A stretch of DNA of 64,000 bases, from assembly GCA_965541585.1 (NCBI GenBank), contig CBEUCH010000008.1, positions 1 through 64,000 on the forward strand. The letters run 5' to 3'. The notes below the pieces were generated by a model that worked only from the letters and a program-made list of their open reading frames with translations, was not told the origin of the DNA and did no database searches. Of the stretch, positions 55,932 to 64,000 are shown one piece after another (position 1 is the first letter of the stretch; each line of letters starts with the position of its first letter). Source of the stretch: an uncultured bacterium. GTDB lineage: Bacteria; Zixibacteria; MSB-5A5; UBA10806. The position numbers and the translations under genes were made by a program.

Positions 55932-56965
55932 TCGCTCCTGAGAAAGTATTATTCATACAGCTTCGCCGGATCGGCGATGTCTTGATGTGCACCCCGACGA
56001 TCAGGGCCTTTAAGAAGAAGTTTCCCGAATGCCGGCTCGATTTTCTAACGGAGCTTCCTCAGGTTTTGAGCAATAATCCGCATCTTGATTCGATAATAAC
56101 TGTGGATGAATCCAGGAAATTTAATCCTGCATACCAGTATAAACTGATCAGAAAGATAAGAACCGGCCGATATGATCTGGTTGTCGATTTTTTCGCGAAT
56201 CCCAGAAGCGCTTATTATTCGTTCTTGAGCGGTGCGGACATCAGGTTGAGTTACGGATTTGGCCATCGCAAGTGGGCCTATAACCGCATTCCCCGGAAAT
56301 CCGATCAGCCCGCTTACGCTGCGCAGGACAGACTGGATCTTTTGAGGGAAGTTGACGTTCCATCCGACGGTTTGCGGCTTGAGTTCAATCCGACCGATGA
56401 TGATCGAAGAGAGGCCGAAGATATACTAGATCCCGTACGCGGCAGATCGGTCGCTACTTTATCCCCCGTTTCCCGCAGGGAATTCAATCGCTGGCCACTG
56501 GAAAACTATGCCAGGCTGGGAAAGCTCTTATCGACAGAGCTTAATTTTGCAGTTGTTGTTCTCACGGGCCCCGGCGAGGAGCGGGTGGCCTGCGATCTGG
56601 GGAATATGATGATAGAGGCTAAACCGTTAATTCTCCGGATAGATCGTCTCGGTCTGTTGGGCGCGATATTCGAACATGCGAATATGCACCTGGGGAACGA
56701 CAATGGCCCGAAGCATATCGCGGTGGCCTGCGGCGCTCCGACCTTCACCATTTACGGCCCGCATAATCCTGTAAGCTGGACATACCCGAACCTTTCGCGC
56801 CATCAATACATACGGCCGGCAGATGTCGATATCGAATGCCGGAGTCTGAATCATAAGTGCGATAAAGATTGTATCCGTAAGATATCCGCAAACGATGTCC
56901 GGGACAGGCTGAAACAGATGGTGGCGAGCCTGCCCTCGCCGGAGTCATCGCTAAAAGCCAGATGA
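55928..56965 (+). CDS. Glycosyltransferase family 9
   Basis: RRIGDVLM.TP, NP..D, WP..NY, ND.GPKHIA. Confidence 0.9.
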   Translation: MIAPEKVLFIQLRRIGDVLMCTPTIRAFKKKFPECRLDFLTELPQVLSNNPHLDSIITVDESRKFNPAYQYKLIRKIRTGRYDLVVDFFANPRSAYYSFLSGADIRLSYGFGHRKWAYNRIPRKSDQPAYAAQDRLDLLREVDVPSDGLRLEFNPTDDDRREAEDILDPVRGRSVATLSPVSRREFNRWPLENYARLGKLLSTELNFAVVVLTGPGEERVACDLGNMMIEAKPLILRIDRLGLLGAIFEHANMHLGNDNGPKHIAVACGAPTFTIYGPHNPVSWTYPNLSRHQYIRPADVDIECRSLNHKCDKDCIRKISANDVRDRLKQMVASLPSPESSLKAR

Positions 56966-58062
56966 AAATCATTCAGATAGTAGATGTCCGCTGGTACAAC
57001 GCCTGCGCAGATTTTGCAATACAGCAAGCTCTGGGACTTTCGCGGCTGGGCCATGAGGTCCTCCTGATGGCCAATCCCGGCAGTCCACCCGCAACGAAAG
57101 CCAGAGATGCCGGTCTGGATGTTGTAGAGGACGTCGATTTCAGCAGCTTGAATATCATCCGGTCGGTGAGGCGCCTCAAGGGAATCGCGGATGATTTTCA
57201 AGCGGATGTTATTTTCGCGCATCGAGGCGAATCGCATCTGATCGGCGCTCTGGCCTCCAGAAAAATACGCTGTCCGGTAGCCAGGTTCAGAGGCGATGTT
57301 AGATCTCCCCGGGGGGATCCATTCAGCCGGATATTGAATGAAAAGATGACTCACGGGATCGCCGTCTCCACGAAGCGTCTTAAGAATGAATATGAAAGCA
57401 GATTCAGGCTCAATGGCATCCCCCTGACAGTGATATATCCGGGAATAGACGACTCCGGCTTCCAGATCGCAAGACCCCGGATGGAATTGAGATCGCAGTT
57501 CGGATTGGATCCGGAAAAACGGCTTGTCGGAATCGTCGGTCGTTTATCACCGGTAAAAGGGCATCATTATTTTCTGAGGGCTGCGGAAATGGTGTCGAAA
57601 AAAATCCCCGATATTCAGTTTGTGATCGCCGGGGAGGATGCCCAGATTACGGCGCTCGAGCTTGAAGAATATGCTGAGAGTCTTGGCCTTCCCGATCTAC
57701 GCTTCTTCGGCATTGTCGAAAATATCGAGGATTTGATATCGTCGTTTGATATAGGCGTTATAGCCTCCGTTGGATCGGAGATGATCTGCAGAGTCTTGAT
57801 GGAGTATTTTGCTGCAGGTATCGGGGTGGTTGCCACGAGAGTGAATCAACTGGAGGAACTCGTTAGCTTATCAGAAGCCGGGTTGGCGGTGCCTCCGGGA
57901 GACTCACGGGCGATGGGCGAGGCGATTCTGGAATTGATCGAGGACGAGGGCAAAAGAGAAGCGATGGCAGCGACCGGCAGAGCCTGGGTTAAGGCCAATA
58001 GAACCCTGGAGCGGCTGGGTCAGGACTCCGAAGCTTTCTTAAAGCAGGTATTGAATGGCTAA
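56962..58062 (+). CDS. Glycosyltransferase family 4
   Basis: VGRL.PVKGH, E...R.LMEY.A.G..VVAT, VPPGD. Confidence 0.9.
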   Translation: MKIIQIVDVRWYNACADFAIQQALGLSRLGHEVLLMANPGSPPATKARDAGLDVVEDVDFSSLNIIRSVRRLKGIADDFQADVIFAHRGESHLIGALASRKIRCPVARFRGDVRSPRGDPFSRILNEKMTHGIAVSTKRLKNEYESRFRLNGIPLTVIYPGIDDSGFQIARPRMELRSQFGLDPEKRLVGIVGRLSPVKGHHYFLRAAEMVSKKIPDIQFVIAGEDAQITALELEEYAESLGLPDLRFFGIVENIEDLISSFDIGVIASVGSEMICRVLMEYFAAGIGVVATRVNQLEELVSLSEAGLAVPPGDSRAMGEAILELIEDEGKREAMAATGRAWVKANRTLERLGQDSEAFLKQVLNG

Positions 58063-59161
58063 ACCATCAGCTCTATTGATCAAGATAGGATTCTATATAG
58101 TTCTGTTATTTTCGCTATCGGTCTCGATATTCCCACGTTATGCCTATGTCCTGGCGATAGCGGCATTCTGCATCTGGCTTCTGGACCTTTTGATTTTCCG
58201 TGATTTCTCCTGGACAGCATCTTCTCTATTCAACCCGATTGCGGGATTTGCGGCCTTTTCTTTGATTGCCTGGATTTTGTCGTGGTTGCTGTATGATCGG
58301 AGCCCGGCGCCCTGTCTTGCCATATTTTCATTCTTTTATTTTGTTGCCAGGAGCTTTGTGCGGTCCTCGGAAAAGAGAAAAATGATAGTCTGGACTTTTA
58401 TTTCAGGTGTCATTCTCGCCTCCGGGATAGATCTCTTCTACAGGTGGGGAAGCCTTTTTAATCTCAGCATTTCGCCGGATTATACACCCGGATCGTTGTC
58501 ATTTCTGATGATGCTGGTATTTTGCCTTATTATTGCCTATTACGCACAAACGCGTGTTTATGCCGAAAAGTTTTTTTTTGGATTAATATCTTTGCCGTTG
58601 GCGGTTCTGGCGGCGCTTACATTCGATTTTGCTATAATCGCTATTTTGCTCCTGGTTTCCGTGGGCGTGGCAATTCTCAAAGACAGAACCGTTTTGATAA
58701 TAGTCGGCTTAATTATCGTTGTGATGTTTTCCGGTTTATCAGGGTTAAGAGGAAGGATTGCTAAACCTGACGATGCTTTTGACCTGGTGGAGCTAGCCCG
58801 ATCTCCGGCGAACGCAATAACGAGAAACTCTGATATGATTTCCGGCACAGGCTTTTACGGCGCCGGTAGCGATCAATCGCAGACGGACGAAAGAGCAATG
58901 CCCGATGAACCGTTTTTCATAAAGCTCATAAAATATTCAGGACCTCCGTCCCTGGTGCTTTTTATCTGGATCATAATTGAGCGGGGCCGGCGCGATCTGG
59001 CAAGAATCAGAAAGATCTCATTCACCGAAGCGAAAGCATACCATCTGGCATCCCTGTTGATCGTTGTTTCCGTTTCGATAGCCAGTCTATACGTTTCGAT
59101 GCCTGGATGCTCATCGGCGGTTCTGGCGCTCTGGCTGTTGCTCGGGATGGCCGAGATATGA
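58055..59161 (+). CDS. Polytopic membrane protein, possibly O-antigen ligase-like
   Basis: About 10 TMs, periplasmic loop with G.G.G pattern; located within the LPS operon. Confidence 0.5.
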   Translation: MAKPSALLIKIGFYIVLLFSLSVSIFPRYAYVLAIAAFCIWLLDLLIFRDFSWTASSLFNPIAGFAAFSLIAWILSWLLYDRSPAPCLAIFSFFYFVARSFVRSSEKRKMIVWTFISGVILASGIDLFYRWGSLFNLSISPDYTPGSLSFLMMLVFCLIIAYYAQTRVYAEKFFFGLISLPLAVLAALTFDFAIIAILLLVSVGVAILKDRTVLIIVGLIIVVMFSGLSGLRGRIAKPDDAFDLVELARSPANAITRNSDMISGTGFYGAGSDQSQTDERAMPDEPFFIKLIKYSGPPSLVLFIWIIIERGRRDLARIRKISFTEAKAYHLASLLIVVSVSIASLYVSMPGCSSAVLALWLLLGMAEI

Positions 59162-59919
59162 ACAGGCCTCGCATTACAGCGGTGATCATGGCTCTCGATG
59201 AGGCAGAAAATATTGAAGCCGCTATCGAAAGCTTGAGGTTCGCCGACCAGATTGTGGTGGCCGATACGGGCAGCAGCGACAATACTATCGAACTGGCCCG
59301 AAACGCAGGAGCTGAGGTTCATAGCATTGATTTCGATGGTTTCGGCAGCAGTAAGAACAGGGCTCTGGAGTTTTGCGATGGAGATTGGATATTCTTTCTC
59401 GATGCCGACGAGAGAGTTTCTCCGGAACTTGCAAATAGCATTACCGGGAGTGTCGCAAATGATTCGAGGCATGGCGGTTACACCGTTAACCGCCTTTCCT
59501 TTTTCCTCGGCAAGCCGGTCAGGCATTCCGGATGGCATCCGGATTATGTCCTCCGCCTTTTCAAAAAGGGTCAGGGCAGATTTTCAAACCGGCTGGTTCA
59601 CGAAAGAGTTGAGTTGAAGGGCGCCGCTGGTAAACTGGAAGGACTCTTATATCATTACAGTTATGAGAATCTCGATCAGTATATCGAGAAGTTAAATGTT
59701 TACTCGCGGTTGAATGCCGAGGAGATGTATAATAACGGCAAGAAATGGCATTTCCGGGACCTGATGGTCCATCCCGCGGCTATATTTATTAAGATGTATA
59801 TTTTAAGAGCCGGCTTTCTCGATGGTATTAATGGATTCCTCCTGGCAGTCCTGTCCTCTTATCATGTTTTTGTGAAATACGCTAAATTACGCCAGCTTTA
59901 CCGTCAGGCGAAAAATTGA
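59158..59919 (+). CDS. Glycosyltransferase family 2 (WaaE/KdtX-like)
   Basis: D.GSSDNT, LDADERV, GW.PD..LRLF, VHE, GFLDG..G. Confidence 0.92.
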   Translation: MNRPRITAVIMALDEAENIEAAIESLRFADQIVVADTGSSDNTIELARNAGAEVHSIDFDGFGSSKNRALEFCDGDWIFFLDADERVSPELANSITGSVANDSRHGGYTVNRLSFFLGKPVRHSGWHPDYVLRLFKKGQGRFSNRLVHERVELKGAAGKLEGLLYHYSYENLDQYIEKLNVYSRLNAEEMYNNGKKWHFRDLMVHPAAIFIKMYILRAGFLDGINGFLLAVLSSYHVFVKYAKLRQLYRQAKN

Positions 59920-60920
59920 AATATCCCCACAAGATATTGCTGGTCAGACCGGACGGGCTTGGCGACCTGATTCTCTCCCTGCCGGTTGCACGGACCTTGA
60001 AAAATTCATTCCCGGGATGCAGCGTGCACTACCTGGTATCCGACCGGGCAGCCGGTATCCGGCCGTTAGTGAGTTATGTAGATGACTGGCTTGTGGACGA
60101 TGCAGGTGATGGCTCCAAGATTCCTATTCCGCAACTCATTCATAAAATAAGAATGGCCGGCTATAGCCATGTCATCGAGCTTAAGCCCTCGTGGCGAACC
60201 GCCCTGGCCGGTTTTCTCGCAAGGGCCAGGAATAGGATAGGTACCTCCAGGAGGTTATATTCTCCCTTATATAGCCGTACCATATCGGTCCACCGTAAAG
60301 GCTCAGGATTTCATCAAACGGACCTCGACCTGAGGCTTCTAAAGCCGATGGGAATTGAGGTTGAGGGAATACTACCCACCCTGGAAGTCACCGAGAACGT
60401 CCGGCAGATGGCCGCCGGGCTGCCTGGCTCAACAGGTAAAGAATACATCATAATACATCCGGGATCGTCCGGGTCGGCGCCCAATTGGCCGGTCGAAAAT
60501 TATCGAAAACTGGCGGAGATTATCCTGGCGGAGACCGATTATGATGTTGTGATCACGGATCGAGATAAAATAAACGATGGGTTTGCAGGTTGCCTGGATA
60601 TCAGCGGCAGAACCGATATTGAGACCCTGGCCGGTATTATGAAAGCTGCCGCCCTGTTTGTGTCCGGCAGCACCGGTCCGCTTCACCTTGCCGATGCGCT
60701 CAATGTGCGCTGCGTATCGTTCTTCCCGAATCGAGCCGATATCGGCCACATAAGGTGGGGACCAAGACGAAACATGGATGGTATCATAATGCCTGCAGAT
60801 GACTGTCGCTGCCGGGACCTGAGAGATTGCCGTTGTCTGGAACGTATCTCACCCCTTACGGCGTTTAAGAAGATAGAAGGGATATTGTCGCGCAAGAATA
60901 ATACAACGGTGGAGCGGTAA
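59916..60920 (+). CDS. Glycosyltransferase family 9
   Basis: RPDGLGDLIL.LP, IHPGS.GS..NWP, STGPLHLA. Confidence 0.9.
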   Translation: MKYPHKILLVRPDGLGDLILSLPVARTLKNSFPGCSVHYLVSDRAAGIRPLVSYVDDWLVDDAGDGSKIPIPQLIHKIRMAGYSHVIELKPSWRTALAGFLARARNRIGTSRRLYSPLYSRTISVHRKGSGFHQTDLDLRLLKPMGIEVEGILPTLEVTENVRQMAAGLPGSTGKEYIIIHPGSSGSAPNWPVENYRKLAEIILAETDYDVVITDRDKINDGFAGCLDISGRTDIETLAGIMKAAALFVSGSTGPLHLADALNVRCVSFFPNRADIGHIRWGPRRNMDGIIMPADDCRCRDLRDCRCLERISPLTAFKKIEGILSRKNNTTVER

Positions 60921-63058
60921 TGAATCTGGCCGAGTTTATAATACATGTCGAATCTTATAACGCTAATATCGATATCCCCCTGGTGCGTAGAGCCTACGAA
61001 TTTTCTGACAGAGTTCACGCCGGACAGTATCGTGAATCGGGCGATCCTTATGTCGAGCATTGTTTGAATGTAGCATTTATACTGGCTGAAATCCATATGG
61101 ACTCCGCCACCATTGCGGCAGGCCTGTTGCACGATGCTATTGAGGACGCCGGCGCCACAATCTCCGAGATCAAACTGGAGTTTGGCGAGGAGATCGCGGA
61201 TATGGTTAACGGCCTTACAAAAATGTCGGGCCTGAAATTCAAAAACGCCGCCGAACAGCAGGTTGAGTATTTCCGCAAAATGCTCTTGTCCATGGCCAAA
61301 GATGTCAGGGTAATCGTTATAAAGCTTGCCGACAGGCTCCACAATATGCGCACTCTCGGCCATCTTCCCGCACAAAAAAGAATGAGGATTGCTCTTGAGA
61401 CAAGGGAGATCTATGCTCCACTGGCTCATCGTTTCGGCATGGCCAGGATGAAATGGGAGCTGGAGGATCTTTCATTTAAGTATCTCAGCGCTGCTGAATA
61501 TATCGATATCGAGAGAGACATCCTGGAGAATCGTGAGGAGAGAGAGGCCTATATAAGTGATCTGACCGGCGCACTGGAGACGGCCATGGCATCTGCGGGG
61601 ATCAAAAGCGACGTAACGGGCAGAGCGAAACATTATTATTCGATTTTCCGGAAAATCAAGGTTCGGCGGGTGCCTTTCGATCAGATATACGATCTTCTGG
61701 CCATGAGGATCATTGTCGATACAATCACCGATTGCTATCATGCGCTGGGGATTATTCATACCATGTGGCCGCCGGTGCCGGAGAGATTTCATGATTACGT
61801 CGCTAATCCAAAATCGAACGGTTACCGATCGCTTCATACTACCGTCATCGGGCCTCGGGGAAAGATGGTTGAAATTCAGATTCGCACTCAAGCCATGCAT
61901 TACGCGGCCGAATACGGGATCGCCGCCCACTGGCTCTATAAAGAAGGGAAAAAGGACCCCGGCGAGATCGACCAGCATATGGCCTGGATTCGCGAAATCC
62001 TGGAATGGCAGGGGGAGATGACCAATCCCGAGGAGTTTCTGGAATATCTGAAGATCGATCTTTTCCCCGACGACGTTTTCGTTTACACTCCTGCGGGCGA
62101 TCTGAAACAGCTTCCAAGGGGTTCGACAGCCCTGGATTTTGCATTTTCAGTTCACTCGGATATCGGATTTCATTGTGTCGGGGCTACAATCAGCGGCAAG
62201 TTTGCGCCGTTGTCCACGGTCTTACATAGCGGCGATGAAGTTGAGATTAAGACATCATCTCACCAGAATCCGAGTTCTGACTGGCTGATGATCGTCAAAA
62301 CCACAAGGGCCAAGTCCAGGATCAAGCACTGGCTCAGGCAGAAAGGTTACGAGCAGTCAGTTTCGCTGGGAGAGGAGATGCTTGAAAGAGAGCTAAAGAA
62401 GAAAAGGATGGAGATTCCATCGGAGGCCGAGTTGCTGGATCTGGCGGCGCGTAACGGTTTCACGAACATCGAGCAAATGTATTCCGGGCTCGGTTCAGGG
62501 ACAATCTCGGTTCAAAACCTGATAAGTAAACTGGAGCCGCAACCGGAAAAAGAAGAACCATCGCTGATTCGCAGATTTATAGACCAGGCCAGGGGCGTTT
62601 CCAAAGGGATCAGGATCGGCGGTGTAGAGAATTTGATGTTTAGATTCGCCGCCTGCTGTCAGCCGGTTCCGGGGGAAAAGATTGTCGGATTCGTCACCAG
62701 GGGACGCGGACTCTCTGTTCACAGGACTGATTGTACAAATGCCGCGGCTATTTTCCAGGAACCGGAGCGAATGGTCGATGTTGAATGGGATGTTGAAAAA
62801 GGGCAATCCTTCCTGGTCAGGTTACACGCTCTGGTCGAAGACAGGAAAAACCTGCTCAAAGAAATCACGGAGGCTATCGCAGAAGCCGATGCTAATGTCA
62901 GGGGGGGCGAGATAAGTACCGGCACCTGGCCGGCAACAGGACGATTCGTTGTGGAGATACAAAATTATGGACAGTTAGCTAAAGTATTGGATAAAATAAG
63001 AAAAGTTGACGGAATTCTCTCGGCAGAGAGAGAAAGCGGAGGCGATCAGAGCCAATAG
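60920..63058 (+). CDS. rel: Bifunctional (p)ppGpp synthetase/hydrolase (RelA/SpoT)
   Basis: LLHD hydrolase, KLADRLHNMRT, GRAKH, YRSLHT, EIQIRT, TGS, CC.P.PG, ACT domain. Confidence 0.96.
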   Translation: MNLAEFIIHVESYNANIDIPLVRRAYEFSDRVHAGQYRESGDPYVEHCLNVAFILAEIHMDSATIAAGLLHDAIEDAGATISEIKLEFGEEIADMVNGLTKMSGLKFKNAAEQQVEYFRKMLLSMAKDVRVIVIKLADRLHNMRTLGHLPAQKRMRIALETREIYAPLAHRFGMARMKWELEDLSFKYLSAAEYIDIERDILENREEREAYISDLTGALETAMASAGIKSDVTGRAKHYYSIFRKIKVRRVPFDQIYDLLAMRIIVDTITDCYHALGIIHTMWPPVPERFHDYVANPKSNGYRSLHTTVIGPRGKMVEIQIRTQAMHYAAEYGIAAHWLYKEGKKDPGEIDQHMAWIREILEWQGEMTNPEEFLEYLKIDLFPDDVFVYTPAGDLKQLPRGSTALDFAFSVHSDIGFHCVGATISGKFAPLSTVLHSGDEVEIKTSSHQNPSSDWLMIVKTTRAKSRIKHWLRQKGYEQSVSLGEEMLERELKKKRMEIPSEAELLDLAARNGFTNIEQMYSGLGSGTISVQNLISKLEPQPEKEEPSLIRRFIDQARGVSKGIRIGGVENLMFRFAACCQPVPGEKIVGFVTRGRGLSVHRTDCTNAAAIFQEPERMVDVEWDVEKGQSFLVRLHALVEDRKNLLKEITEAIAEADANVRGGEISTGTWPATGRFVVEIQNYGQLAKVLDKIRKVDGILSAERESGGDQSQ

Positions 63059-63061
63059 GTA

Positions 63062-63757
63062 TTGGAGATAATGGCGGGCGATCCAATTTGCATGTTCGAC
63101 GAATTTTCGTCTTTCGGATACACGGCCGGAATGGTCTTGAAAGGGCGATGGAAAAATCAAGACGAAGTCAATAATCATATTGGCAGAGATCTCCTCGGCA
63201 ATAACATCAGGATGATATCGCCGTTGCAGACTCATAGCTCCAGAATAGCAACTATTGGAAAAGAGCATACCTCTCAAAACCTCTCTGCGGATGGGGCGAT
63301 CAGCAATTCGAAAGATGTTTGTCTGACCTTACGTTCCGCTGACTGCATTCCGATGTTGACGGTTGAGCCATCGACAGGCTTTTTCGGCGCATTGCATATA
63401 GGCTGGCGCGGACTTATAGGCGGGATAGTGGAGGAACTGTTTAACCTATCCGGACATTCCAGGTTGAATCCCGAGGACATGCATTTCTACCTGGGACCGT
63501 CGATTGGGAGTTGCTGTTTTGAAATAGGCCATGAGCTTGCCGCCATGTTTGACGATCCTTTCATAACAACAAGGGATGGCGGGTTTTTCGTCGATTTGCA
63601 GAAGTCCTTGATGAACAAACTGATTTCTCATGGCGTAAGAGAATCGAATATCAGTGGATCGCCCGATTGCACAAGCTGCCTTTCGGATAGATATTATTCC
63701 TATCGCCGGGACGGCAGCGCGCCGATCCAGATGGTTAGTTTTATCTTTAAGTCGTGA
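63062..63757 (+). CDS. pgeF: PgeF/YfiH (laccase-domain) family protein
   Basis: QTH, ADC.P, H.GWRG, GPSIG.CCFE, CT, YSYRR. Confidence 0.9.
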   Translation: MEIMAGDPICMFDEFSSFGYTAGMVLKGRWKNQDEVNNHIGRDLLGNNIRMISPLQTHSSRIATIGKEHTSQNLSADGAISNSKDVCLTLRSADCIPMLTVEPSTGFFGALHIGWRGLIGGIVEELFNLSGHSRLNPEDMHFYLGPSIGSCCFEIGHELAAMFDDPFITTRDGGFFVDLQKSLMNKLISHGVRESNISGSPDCTSCLSDRYYSYRRDGSAPIQMVSFIFKS

Positions 63758-63781
63758 CAATAAATCGTTGGAGGTGGGATT

Positions 63782-64000
63782 TTGAAAAAAGTAATGCTTG
63801 TCGTGGCGTTAGTCCTGGCGGGGGTAAAGACTTCCTTCGGGCTTTCCGGACTTGGGCTGGGTATCCACGGAGGCCTGGTTTCCGGTTATGATAATCCGGT
63901 TCTCGAGGACAGTGTCTTATCGCAGTTTGCAAGCTTCGATATGTCGGAAGAGATGACCGATATCGGGGCGCATCTGAATATCGGTACTTTCAGGATCATC
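63782..64000 (+). CDS. Exported, probably outer-membrane protein, N-terminus (truncated by window end)
   Basis: RBS GGAGGTG + TTG; MKKVMLVVALVLAGVKTSFG signal, then GLGIHGG strand; frame open to the end. Confidence 0.7.
   Translation, partial: MKKVMLVVALVLAGVKTSFGLSGLGLGIHGGLVSGYDNPVLEDSVLSQFASFDMSEEMTDIGAHLNIGTFRII

Overview
A 64 kb bacterial chromosomal window from a diderm, LPS-producing, cytochrome-rich organism. The gene content (T9SS-like C-terminal domain protein, Cys-type CcmE, multiheme cytochrome) fits candidate division Zixibacteria or a relative; this is inference only. It opens with the 3' end of an rRNA operon (23S end, 5S, terminator). Next is a ~7 kb co-oriented accessory stretch whose genes are separated by composite, partly nested REP-like palindromes. 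It then carries: a DksA/TraR-zinc-finger-PP2C fusion; NAD salvage genes (pncB, pncA) flanking an exported thioredoxin-fold protein with an in-frame TGA in a W-U-G-S-C motif plus a SECIS-like hairpin (a probable selenoprotein missed by the ORF track); and a tandemly duplicated two-gene outer-membrane beta-barrel cassette with conserved ends and diverged middles. A minus-strand cluster encodes a porin, a 14-heme cytochrome and a System I* Ccm maturation operon. The rest comprises an EF-P with a non-canonical tip loop, rnhC, an AmmeMemoRadiSam radical SAM, ctpA, a degenerate MoeA, trpS-scpA-(metalloprotease)-scpB-rluB-cmk-plsC-rpsA, an LPS core/msbA cluster, rel, pgeF and the start of another outer-membrane protein. 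All calls are by-eye motif recognition; no searches were run.
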